DNA from: Candidatus Bathyarchaeia archaeon | GTDB lineage: Archaea; Thermoproteota; Bathyarchaeia; Bathyarchaeales; Bathycorpusculaceae | Reading direction: 5' to 3' | DNA length: 64,000 nucleotides | NCBI GenBank assembly: GCA_038727135.1 | Contig: JAVYWL010000002.1 | Location: 160,001 to 224,000, forward strand | Part shown: one piece after another, positions 1 to 8,828 of the stretch | Numbering within the stretch: the stretch's first letter is position 1 | How the letters are laid out: each line of letters starts with the position of its first letter | Notes under the pieces: model-generated | Seen by the model: the letters and a program-made list of their open reading frames with translations, nothing else | Database searches by the model: none | Told to the model about the DNA's origin: nothing | Translations under genes and position numbers: made by a program

Positions 1-13
1 AGAATTCAAATTA

Positions 14-244
14 ATGAAAGAATTTTCAACAGAAAAGTTAGACGTTTTCATTGAAAAAGCCCCACCCGAGATTGCGGGCTTATTCCTTAAAATAATGCTT
101 AGGGCCGCTGCAATCGGCCCCAAAACCAGCAAGGCTATGGAACTATCAGCAGATGAAAAACTTGAACTTGGTAAACAAATAGCCGAACTAGTCAAAGATA
201 TGGAAAAACTTTTGAAAAAAATAGAGGAGGAGAGTAATAAATGA
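14..244 (+). CDS. Hypothetical helical protein, possibly 5'-truncated by the window edge
   Basis: ORF whose stop overlaps the next start region; no motif recognised. Confidence 0.5.
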   Translation: MKEFSTEKLDVFIEKAPPEIAGLFLKIMLRAAAIGPKTSKAMELSADEKLELGKQIAELVKDMEKLLKKIEEESNK

Positions 245-609
245 TCAGCGAACCTCAAATATTGTTCACTAACTTATGGTCATCTATAAAGCAAAGAGCA
301 ATTTCAGTAATATTTCCATCATATCTGCAGCAGTTTATAGAAAAAACATCTCAATATATCTACACAAAATTAACTGGCGCTTTTGCCTTAAGATCTGAAA
401 TATTGCTGACGCAGAAAATGCTAAAACCAATCATGGAACCTGGCGATTATTATCAGAGGGTATACCTAAGGTCTCTTGTAGGTCTTCCACCAGTTCCCAA
501 AGCTAAGGCAGAAAAAGTAAGTGTAAAAAATCTTAAAGGTTGTATATCTTGGATCTCTACAAGCAAGATCGACGTGACTGAACTAATTCGAGAAATTCGG
601 GATAGCTAA
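241..609 (+). CDS. Putative antitoxin-like partner of the downstream PIN protein
   Basis: C-terminus LKG...IDVTELIREIRD resembles archaeal VapB tails; directly abuts the PIN gene. Confidence 0.5.
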   Translation: MISEPQILFTNLWSSIKQRAISVIFPSYLQQFIEKTSQYIYTKLTGAFALRSEILLTQKMLKPIMEPGDYYQRVYLRSLVGLPPVPKAKAEKVSVKNLKGCISWISTSKIDVTELIREIRDS

Positions 610-1259
610 TGGCAGGTCAGCCATCCACAAGAATCTATGTAGATACAAACATTCTTGTTTCCTATTTATTAGGCGAAAAAGACGAAAATTTCGAGCTTGC
701 AGAAAGAGTATTTCAAGATGTTGAAAATGGCAAATACACAATGTTAATTTCAAACTTCACTCTTATGGAAACCCTGCATGCATTAAGGACAATAATAACG
801 AGAAGAAAATATCAAGAACTTAAAAATGGATTGTCTCAAAGTGAGTTGATTAATATCGCAAATTCAAAAGAGTTCGCGCAAACTGTAAATGAAGAAAGCA
901 TGAAAGCCTTTAAAGTAATTGTAGACAAAATAACAAGCGATTCTCAGCATTTCGTTTTTGAACCTGACACCTTAGTCTATCCTGGAGAGATGTTCTCCAG
1001 AGGCTTGCAGATACTTTTATCAACAACGGGTTTATTTCGTGTTTTTAGATTCCGCTGCCAAAAGTGCAACGGTTACATCAAATGTTCTCGGTGCAAAGTA
1101 AATAGTGAAATAGTCTACAAAGAAATAAATGCACCAGATCTCATTCACCTTTATATAGCTGAAATACTTCAATGCGAACAATTTTTCACAATGGATAAAT
1201 ATTTTGCAAATATTCCCGAAAAGAGTCAGCGAATAAAAATTGAAGTGCTGGAAAAGTAA
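609..1259 (+). CDS. PIN-domain nuclease (VapC-like) with CxxC-x5-CxxC insertion
   Basis: IYVDTNILV, TLME, PDLIH and FFTMD PIN motifs; CQKCNGYIKCSRC insert. Confidence 0.8.
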   Translation: MAGQPSTRIYVDTNILVSYLLGEKDENFELAERVFQDVENGKYTMLISNFTLMETLHALRTIITRRKYQELKNGLSQSELINIANSKEFAQTVNEESMKAFKVIVDKITSDSQHFVFEPDTLVYPGEMFSRGLQILLSTTGLFRVFRFRCQKCNGYIKCSRCKVNSEIVYKEINAPDLIHLYIAEILQCEQFFTMDKYFANIPEKSQRIKIEVLEK

Positions 1260-1347
1260 CAACAAATCCTTTTATAAAACGTAAAGAAATAAAAGGGGGA
1301 TTTGCGGGAGATTTTAGATTCTGCTCTGTTTTCTCCAGTTTTAAGCA

Positions 1348-1369
1348 GGTTCAAATCCCACCCCCCGCA
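1348..1369 (+). repeat. attR-like tRNA-Leu 3' fragment
   Basis: GGTTCAAATCCCACCCCCCGCA = T-loop, 3' T-stem, acceptor strand CCCCCGC and discriminator A. The 5' T-stem (GCAGG) does not pair properly and no upstream cloverleaf exists. Confidence 0.7.
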
Positions 1370-1481
1370 CTTTAACAAGAACCCCCCCGCATGTCTATAG
1401 GAAGCTAGGTTCTATACTTCGAAGTTTTGGCGAAGTTTTCATTATTAAATGGCAACGGAGTCTCATTACAAACTGGAATGA

Positions 1482-1555
1482 TGGACCGGGCGGGATTTGA
1501 ACCCGCGACCTCCCGAGTGCGAGTCGGGCGTTCATACCAGCTGAACTACCGGCCC
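1482..1555 (-). tRNA. tRNA-Ala(CGC)
   Basis: Reverse complement GGGCCGGTAGTTCAGCTGG...CCCGA-CT-CGC-AC-TCGGG...GGTTCAAATCCCGCCCGGTCCA; G3:U70 pair. Confidence 0.97.
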
Positions 1556-1692
1556 AATGCAGAGGCTTCTTCATAGTGATGTGTTGGTGAACGTTTTTAT
1601 TTCTGTTTTCATTTATTGCTCTTGCCGGATGATGAAAAGGCATTAGATTGACTGTGGGATGAAATTTCAGAGTTACTCGGACGGCAACTTCC

Positions 1693-2887
1693 TTAAATTA
1701 TTGTTAGTGATTCAAGGTCTCGCGGGTAGTATGTGAGGAGTTCACAGCCATCCTTTGTCACCAGTATGGTGTCTGAGTGGCGGAATCCGGCGAATCCTGT
1801 TTCGTATATTCCCGGCTCACAACTTACTACCATTCTGGCTCTTAGCTTTTCTTTATTGCCCAAGGTCTAGCCATGGGGGTTCATGACCTTCCAGTCCTAG
1901 GCCATGTCCGGTATGATGTCTTATAAGATGGGTTAAGTTGGCTTTTTTGAATACGTTTATTGAGGCTTTGTCCACTTCGCTGCATTCAGCGCCATCCCTT
2001 ATTTTTTGGATGGCGGCTTCTTGGGCTTTTACCATAACCTGGAAGTAGCGTTTTTGTTTAGCGGAAGGTTTGCCGATAATCATTGTGCGTTCAAGTTCGC
2101 AGCTGTAACCGCCTATTTCTACGCTTGCTTCAGCTATTACGACATCTCCGCTTTTAATTCTACGCTTTGTCCCGATGGCGTGGGGTATGGCGCTCATTTC
2201 ACCGATTTGCCCTCTAAAGCCTGCTGATACTGGGAGAATATTTCTTAAAGGTTCGAAATCAGCACCTAAAGTCTTCTTCATTATGCCGGATGCATCTAGC
2301 GAGGCGGCCAGAGCCACTTCCACGTCCCACGCGCCCTCTGTAATATACTCTTGTAGTAGGGACACCGCTAGATTCGCCCACTTGGAGCTTTCTTTTATCA
2401 AGGCGATTTCGGCTGGAGACTTAATAAGCCGCATTTTTGGCACAAGATCGGCCATGTTCACAAATTTTGCCTCTGGCAGTTTTCGCGTTATGGGTGGCCC
2501 TTTGTATCCCCATATGCCGGTGGCTCCTGCTTTATTGTCTATGCCTATGCGTTTATTCGCTAATCCCATCTCTCTTAGGAATTCTGCAAAATGTTCTATT
2601 GGATGCTTTTCGCCGGGGTAGTCAAGATATGTTTTAACCTCCTCAATTAGCCTTGTTTTTAATGGAACATGATCTTTTTCTAGCAGCGGTCCCATGAAGG
2701 TTATTTTTCCGTCAAGCGGAATAACCAGCGCTGCGGGTCTCTCGGTGGATATGAAGGAGTATCCCGTCAAATAGAAGATGCTTGTGGTGTTTGTTAAGTA
2801 TAGGGCGTCAAGCCTTCTTCGCTGAAGAACTTTTCTGACGGTTTCTATGCGCTTTTTATATTCGCTTTCGCTTATAGAAAGCTCCAC
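1693..2887 (-). pseudogene. Xaa-Pro aminopeptidase (M24B), frameshifted near 1859
   Basis: ORF stops after HHTGHGLGLEGHEPPWLDLGQ. A shifted frame continues GNKEKLRARMVVSCEPGIYETGFAGFRHSDTILVTKDGCELLTYYPRDLESLTII* to 1693. Either a real lesion or an assembly error. Confidence 0.8.
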
Positions 2888-3001
2888 AAACAGTTTCTCC
2901 GTTTTGCTTTAAGACTTGTATTTTCTGGTGCGGTTAAATGCTTTTCTAAAAAGTTAGGCTTTTAAGAGCACATATCATAAAAGGATAGTTGGCGGTTAAA
3001 T

Positions 3002-3469
3002 TTGGCGAAGGCTTCTAAAAAACCGAAAGAGCTTGACCAAACGCTTTTGGAATCCACCTTAAAGGGGAAGACGCTAATTGTTTACTGGTACATGCTCCAG
3101 CAACCGGACCGCACCGTCGGTGTCCGCGAGGTACAAAGGGCCTTAAAGTTTTCCAGTCCAAGCATAGCGGTTCACCACCTTGAAAAACTGGAAGAGTTGG
3201 GCCTCGTTAGGAAAAAGCCGACAGGCGAATACACGCTTAAGGAAGAGGTTAAAATTGGAATTTTACGTTTCTTTGCTCGCATGGGACGACTCATGGTTCC
3301 TCGCTTCTTGTTCTATTCGGTTCTATTTACAACTATGTTAGCCACTTACATTGCGTTGTGCGTTTTAGGCCAAGTTTGGCCGAACCTTTATGCCGTCATG
3401 TTTGGATTTATCGCCGCCGTAGCCTTCTGGATTGAGACAATTCGCGTTTGGAGGGCGAAACCGTTTTGA
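3002..3469 (+). CDS. Winged-helix transcriptional regulator with two C-terminal TM helices
   Basis: VGVREVQRALKFSSPSIAVHHLEKL wHTH followed by hydrophobic segments. Confidence 0.8.
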   Translation: MAKASKKPKELDQTLLESTLKGKTLIVYWYMLQQPDRTVGVREVQRALKFSSPSIAVHHLEKLEELGLVRKKPTGEYTLKEEVKIGILRFFARMGRLMVPRFLFYSVLFTTMLATYIALCVLGQVWPNLYAVMFGFIAAVAFWIETIRVWRAKPF

Positions 3470-3545
3470 AAAAGCGTTCGAGAGCCGTTCTAAAATCTAG
3501 ATTTAAAAGGCTGAAAAATCTTAGCAGTCGTAAAGGCGAGGCGCT

Positions 3546-3818
3546 TTGAGGAAAGGCTTGACTTACTCCTTAATTGCGGTGATTCTCGGAGTACTGGCGA
3601 TTGTAGTTCCGCTATTTCTTGCACCAACCACAGACACGGGTTTTGGAGCCGAGCTTGTCCCTCAAACTCTCTCGGAGAGGATGAAAAGTCTTGAGGAGCG
3701 TTATGGACTCGGCGAGGCCCCAACGCAAAGCTACTTTGTCGGATTATTAACTGTGGCAATTGGCTTCTTAGCCGCTGTGGCTGCCTACTCCATTGTTAAG
3801 GCTATATTCTTTCATTAG
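3546..3818 (+). CDS. Small two-TM membrane protein
   Basis: Hydrophobic N- and C-terminal helices. Confidence 0.7.
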   Translation: MRKGLTYSLIAVILGVLAIVVPLFLAPTTDTGFGAELVPQTLSERMKSLEERYGLGEAPTQSYFVGLLTVAIGFLAAVAAYSIVKAIFFH

Positions 3819-3894
3819 TTCTTCTTGTTCCAGTTTTGGTACAATAACGTTCTAAACCATGGTATTATAGGCTAATCATCGCAACATTTTTTCG

Positions 3895-4620
3895 GTGGAA
3901 AAGATGTGGATTAGAAAGAAAGAGATATTTGCGGCAATAATCCTCGGCGCTGTTGTAGTTTTGCTCATTTGCTATCCAAGTATGATGGGTGAATTAAATG
4001 GGACATTTTATAGGGGAGGCAGTCTTTCAGAGTGGGCTTTAGCGCCGAAAAACAGCGATTCTGCTCTATCCCAGCGCTCTCAAGTCATAGCCGAAACTAT
4101 TGAAGGCGAGCTTGAAAAAGGAGCCTTTGAAAATGTTGTCAGCAGCCTACAAGCTATGACGGAGCATAAAGGTGGATATGTTAAGTCTCTACGCATGACT
4201 TACGTTGACGGGTCATGGAGTGGCCAGCTAATCTGCAAGCTGCCTCCAGAAAATGTGACATCCTTTACTTTCAAGGTTAGAGAAATCATCGAAGCAAACG
4301 GCACAGTTACATATATCAACATAAGCAAAGAAGAAATTGAACAAACCCAACAGCAGCCTCAAGAACTTGTTTACTCAACAATATACATAAACTTGAAAGA
4401 GGAAAAGCCTCAAAATGGAAATGGAATTTCAGCCTCTTTGGTACCTGTTATCGAGTTTCTCTCTAAGGGTTTGCTTTTGATCGCCCAAGGCGTCATGATT
4501 GGTCTGCCAATATGTTTCGCCTCGCTTGGTGTAATTCTGCTCGTGAGTAGGGGTCTACTGCCTATTTGGAAAAACTTGTTCAAAAAACCAAAGGTGACCA
4601 CCACAGCTTCTGCCGAATAA
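3895..4620 (+). CDS. DUF4349-like membrane-anchored protein
   Basis: N-terminal TM; GGYV motif and ferredoxin-like repeat pattern; C-terminal TM. Confidence 0.6.
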   Translation: MEKMWIRKKEIFAAIILGAVVVLLICYPSMMGELNGTFYRGGSLSEWALAPKNSDSALSQRSQVIAETIEGELEKGAFENVVSSLQAMTEHKGGYVKSLRMTYVDGSWSGQLICKLPPENVTSFTFKVREIIEANGTVTYINISKEEIEQTQQQPQELVYSTIYINLKEEKPQNGNGISASLVPVIEFLSKGLLLIAQGVMIGLPICFASLGVILLVSRGLLPIWKNLFKKPKVTTTASAE

Positions 4621-5140
4621 ACATTAAACTTTGAATTTCTTTCTTTGCTGAGTTTATGCATAATTGGAGAAACTTGTTTAGGCTTAACCCCAATTCAGCG
4701 CACTTCATTATGTTGGCTTTGTGCCATGGCATAGTCTTCGACGCATCTGTTATTTCAGCTCGGAAAGTTTTAACGGTTAACTCCTTTTTGGCTTCCATGA
4801 TTTTTTCAATTATAGTAGCCGCAGAGTCCGCAGCTATCAGCGCTTCGTCGAGCCTGCTTTTGGGTTTAAATCCAGTCCTATAATCATGCGCTTTTATCGC
4901 GTAAATCGCTCCTTTTGGGAGTCTTCCCTTCAGCTTTTCTGCGGCAACGATGCCATGTTTTTGCATATCCCCTTTAACTTCGTCGTAATCAATGTCGTAG
5001 AGCAAGCCGACAATTTTCCAAAGGCGTGTATCCTCTTTTAGTTCCTCAGCCATTTCAGCCATAATAGCGGAGACAAGCAGGGCGTGGGCACATTTGCTAG
5101 TGTTTTTGATAAGCTGTATGGCTTCCTCTTCAGATATCAC
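4580..5140 (-). CDS. HD-domain (HDIG-type) phosphohydrolase, HD motif altered to YD
   Basis: H...GLLYDIDY...HG...AIKAH...LIAAD pattern. Confidence 0.7.
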   Translation of the reverse strand: MISEEEAIQLIKNTSKCAHALLVSAIMAEMAEELKEDTRLWKIVGLLYDIDYDEVKGDMQKHGIVAAEKLKGRLPKGAIYAIKAHDYRTGFKPKSRLDEALIAADSAATIIEKIMEAKKELTVKTFRAEITDASKTMPWHKANIMKCAELGLSLNKFLQLCINSAKKEIQSLMFIRQKLWWSPLVF

Positions 5141-5146
5141 CGCCAG

Positions 5147-5956
5147 CTATCCTTCTTTTTGGCCCATTTTTGTTGGTGAGGCTTTTAGGGCTTTTCTTGC
5201 GAAGGTTATGTAACCCGTGTGTGCCGTCATAAGCGTCTGGGGTCTTGTTTTGCCTCTTTCTGTTTGCATTCCCCGCATTAAACATTCAACGGTTTCTATG
5301 TCTATGAAGCTGTTCTCCCCTAGGGCTTCCGCAGTTTTAACCGCTTGGTCTATGGTTGGGCTAAAGGAAACCAGTGTACCACAAGGTTTTAGCGCCCTAT
5401 AGGCGTGGGGGACCACAAGCCATGGCGTCGCCATATCCAGTATGACGGCGTCTACGTCGACTTCGTCTATGCCAGAAGTAATATCCTTGTTTTTAAGTTC
5501 CACAAAATCCGCTAGGCCAGCCCGCTTAATGTTTTTCTCCGCAGTTTCAAGGAATTCGCTTCTGACCTCGTAGCTGTAGACGCGGCCGTTTGGCCTTACA
5601 TAATGGGCTAGGGCCATTGCTAATGCGCCTGTTCCTGTTCCAGCCTCCACAACGCGGCTTCCGGGGCCTATTCCGCTGAAGATTATGATTAGGGCTATGT
5701 CTTTTGGATAAGTGATTTGGGTTCTTCTGACAGCCTTCATTATGTAGTCGCGAAGTAGGGGCTTTAGCGCCGTGAACTTTACGCCGAGGCTGCTTATGAC
5801 GGTTGAGCCATACTCTTTGCCTATAATGTCGTCAAATTTTATGAAGCCTTTGTGGGTGTGGAAGGTTTTGCCAGCCTCAACCTTTACGAGGTATGTTCTT
5901 CTCTGGTCCAAGTATAAGAGGACGTAGTCGCCTTCCACTATTTTTTGATTTTGCAA
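5147..5956 (-). CDS. trmI: tRNA (adenine-N1)-methyltransferase TrmI
   Basis: RRTQITYPKD, VVEAGTGTG, LDMATPW, HTGY. Confidence 0.93.
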   Translation of the reverse strand: MQNQKIVEGDYVLLYLDQRRTYLVKVEAGKTFHTHKGFIKFDDIIGKEYGSTVISSLGVKFTALKPLLRDYIMKAVRRTQITYPKDIALIIIFSGIGPGSRVVEAGTGTGALAMALAHYVRPNGRVYSYEVRSEFLETAEKNIKRAGLADFVELKNKDITSGIDEVDVDAVILDMATPWLVVPHAYRALKPCGTLVSFSPTIDQAVKTAEALGENSFIDIETVECLMRGMQTERGKTRPQTLMTAHTGYITFARKALKASPTKMGQKEG

Positions 5957-5968
5957 ACCCTTTCACGC

Positions 5969-7447
5969 TTATGGTGTGTATTTGAACGGATGTTTTGCCC
6001 TTTCCTTATTTTCTATTAGCTCGTCTATTGTTGGTCTTCCCTCTATAGCTTTTCTTATGGCGTGGCGCATAGCCTTATAATTGTTTATGTAAACACGTTG
6101 CCTATCTACTGCCGACGGGTGCACAAAAACATTCGCGATTATGATTAGGTCCTCCACGGCCTCTTTTGGAATTGTGCCGTCTGTAACGCTGTCCACGACG
6201 GCTTTTGCTACCGCTGTTTGGGCTGGTCCATAAACGAGGCTTGCTTGACGCATGCTGGTTATCGTAACTGTTGGAACGATAAGGGTTATGGGCTTGACGG
6301 TTAGATTTGGCTCCAATATAGCCAACAGTGGCTCATGCCCTGGCGTTGGGGTAGCCTTAGCCTTAACAAAGGCTGCGCCCACAGGGCCATCTTTTCTGCC
6401 GATTACTAGGTCTATGTGGGCTACCTCTGCACCCGAGCCGGCTAGTGCCTCGCCTACTCGGAGGTTAAAGTCTTTTATTATTTCTGGGGTTATGTCAACT
6501 GCCATGAAGCGTTGCTCTAGGGGTTTTTCTCCAATTTCGAAGATTACTGGTTTTGGCTCTATTTTGCCGATTTTCTCCAAGTCTAGGCGTAGTTCTTCCC
6601 GAGCCTCGTAAGTTAACTCTCCCCCGACGCTGAGGGGCTGTCTTACTGGGCCAACCTTTATTTTCATCATGTTTAGGGCGGCTTTAACTCCAACCGGTCC
6701 GCTTGCTGCTATTATGCGGGCTATTTTCTGAACTTTGTATTGGAGTTCGCGGGCTTTTTGCAGCTCGCCGTTTTTTATGTGGTTGTATATTTGGATCCAT
6801 ATGTCCGGTATGAAGTTGGCGCTTGCGAGTATGGCGCCTGAACATCCTGCAGCCAATGCTGCCACAACAACTTCGTCGTGTCCGCAAAGCACTTTGATTT
6901 TGTCTCTAGCTTTTTCCAGCACAGCCAGTATATAGCCTAGTTGCCCGCTGCTGTCTTTTAAGCCCACAATGTTTGGTATTTGAGCCAAGTCTTCAACCAT
7001 TTGCCATGTCAGTTGCACACCAGTGCACTGCGGAATGTTGTATAGTATTATGGGCATGTCAACCTTGCTTGCTATGGTGTCAAAGTGCTCGTATATTCCA
7101 CGGTCTGCTGGCTTCAAATAAAATGGTGTGACAATTAGGGCAGCGTCAGCGCCAACGTCTTTAGCGTATTTAGTCATTTCTAGGGCTTGGTCTGTTCCGC
7201 TTGCTCCTGTTCCGGCTATGACTGGAACTCGTCCATTAACCTCGTCTACAACAACTTTAATGACTTGTTTCCGCTCTTCAACTGTCATATTAATGAATTC
7301 GCCTGTTGTGCCGCATGGAACAACACCGTGGACGCCCAACTCTATGCAGCGGTTTACCAGAAATCGCAGTCTTTCCGTGTCAACGGCTTTTCCGTCGTCG
7401 GTGAAGGGCGTGACAAGAGCTGGGAAAATTCCTTCAGGCTTGAACAT
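5969..7447 (-). CDS. DapA/NAL-family pyruvate aldolase fused to a formaldehyde-activating enzyme (Fae) domain
   Basis: N-terminal ~295 aa carry GTTGE, PFY, LYNIP and GLKDSSG. C-terminal ~165 aa carry VGEAL..G.EVAHIDL.IG, GH.PLLA.L.PNL..KP, GPAQ.AVAKAV.D, VFVHP, NY.A...AI and HPF. Confidence 0.9.
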   Translation of the reverse strand: MFKPEGIFPALVTPFTDDGKAVDTERLRFLVNRCIELGVHGVVPCGTTGEFINMTVEERKQVIKVVVDEVNGRVPVIAGTGASGTDQALEMTKYAKDVGADAALIVTPFYLKPADRGIYEHFDTIASKVDMPIILYNIPQCTGVQLTWQMVEDLAQIPNIVGLKDSSGQLGYILAVLEKARDKIKVLCGHDEVVVAALAAGCSGAILASANFIPDIWIQIYNHIKNGELQKARELQYKVQKIARIIAASGPVGVKAALNMMKIKVGPVRQPLSVGGELTYEAREELRLDLEKIGKIEPKPVIFEIGEKPLEQRFMAVDITPEIIKDFNLRVGEALAGSGAEVAHIDLVIGRKDGPVGAAFVKAKATPTPGHEPLLAILEPNLTVKPITLIVPTVTITSMRQASLVYGPAQTAVAKAVVDSVTDGTIPKEAVEDLIIIANVFVHPSAVDRQRVYINNYKAMRHAIRKAIEGRPTIDELIENKERAKHPFKYTP

Positions 7448-7527
7448 GCTTTTCCTCTCGAATTACCATAAATGTTAAACAATTTAAACTTTGAACTACA
7501 AATTATAGAATCTGTGGAGGAAACAGC

Positions 7528-8811
7528 TTGAAGGCGCTGAGAGAAAAATTGCTAATCGACGATAGAAATGTGAAGGAGGTTAACGCTTTCCTTTTGCTGG
7601 AGGACAACCCACTCATTAACGGGGTCCTCGAGATAATTGATAAGCATGGCGGAGTTGAGGAAATAAACAGAAAAGCTAAGGAAAATGGCAAACTTGAAAA
7701 TCTCATGAAGCGTCTTGAAGAGAAAAAGTCGCCTTTTATAAAAGACCTTGAGTGGTTAATAAAGCAGCGGGATAAAGGCGCGTTCATAAGCATACCAGAG
7801 TACCGCAGAAAAATCCTCGGTAAAAAAGCGGACTCCATGCGTTTCGACGAGTCCTTTGCCGTGACGCTTGAAATTAGCGCATGCAACTTTTTCCCGTGGC
7901 TTATTGAAGAGGCTAAGAAGGCAATTAAGCAGCAAGACCTTATGCCAGCCCGATATATCCGAGTACGTTCAATGAAAGAGCAGGTTGAAGACGGCGACAT
8001 TCTAGCTTTTGCCGCTGCAATGCAGATTATTGGAGCATCCTATGTGCAGACGCTTGACACGAAGGGAACAATGCCGGGTCCAGATGGAAAACCAATCAAC
8101 GTCCATTTAGGCGGACTGGAGACGATAACTGGGTATTTCGGCGGCATTGGTGTTCCAAACCAGTATGCCCTAAAATGGGTTGAAGAGTATCTGCACTATT
8201 ACACGGAATATGGCGTTAAGCAAGTTTTGAACACGAATTCTGGAACTGTTCTGCTTGGCTATCTACTCCATAAACTTGGAATAGACATCGAATTCAAAAT
8301 TTCAGTTTTCCTTGGAAATGATAATCCCTACTCGATTTTATGGACGCTTATGGCCGCCAAGCTCTTCAGCCGGAAAGATGGAACAACTCCTCTCATCGGG
8401 TTTAACCTATCAAACTCTGTGGACAACCGCACCATCGAGCTTTCAGCCTACATTAGAAAAGCCTTTGGTTTTGAGGACATTGTCCGCATAGAACACCATA
8501 TAACAGAAGCCTACAAGAGCATTGTCCGACAACCCTACGACCGACTAGGCGAACTTTTGGAACTGGCAGACCATGTGAAAAACATAAGCGCCAAACACGA
8601 GGGCGGAATACCAGAAGTGGAGAAAACCCGCGAACATCCATCAGACTTGCTTGACTACTTCATACCAAAGAAGGAAATAATGGAGAAGGGGCTCATGCAA
8701 AAACTCTTAGCCAACTACCTAGACAAGCATGACGCCGTAAACAGAACAGCAAAAGCCCTAACAGAAAAAGGCTTAACATTCGTCGCCGCGCAAAACCTAC
8801 ATAAAAAATAG
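7528..8811 (+). CDS. Conserved hypothetical enzyme-like protein (427 aa)
   Basis: Long soluble ORF divergent from the aldolase-Fae gene; motif-rich (TLDTKGT, NVHLGG, ITGYFGG, EHH, SAKHEGG). Confidence 0.8.
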   Translation: MKALREKLLIDDRNVKEVNAFLLLEDNPLINGVLEIIDKHGGVEEINRKAKENGKLENLMKRLEEKKSPFIKDLEWLIKQRDKGAFISIPEYRRKILGKKADSMRFDESFAVTLEISACNFFPWLIEEAKKAIKQQDLMPARYIRVRSMKEQVEDGDILAFAAAMQIIGASYVQTLDTKGTMPGPDGKPINVHLGGLETITGYFGGIGVPNQYALKWVEEYLHYYTEYGVKQVLNTNSGTVLLGYLLHKLGIDIEFKISVFLGNDNPYSILWTLMAAKLFSRKDGTTPLIGFNLSNSVDNRTIELSAYIRKAFGFEDIVRIEHHITEAYKSIVRQPYDRLGELLELADHVKNISAKHEGGIPEVEKTREHPSDLLDYFIPKKEIMEKGLMQKLLANYLDKHDAVNRTAKALTEKGLTFVAAQNLHKK

Positions 8812-8828
8812 GTGATGGAGTGCTCTGT

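Larger units (their letters stand above)
1..1369. mobile_element. Right end of a putative integrated element/genomic island ending in a tRNA-derived att site
   Basis: AT-rich relative to the core genes; TA-like cargo; ends at a 3' tRNA fragment (1348-1369). The integrase is not in the window. Confidence 0.6.

Noticed and set aside
1395-1643. ORFs 1395-1643(-) and 54220-54462(+) sharing MNARLALGRSRVQIPPGPS
   Set aside because: These are translations of the two tRNA-Ala genes, not proteins.
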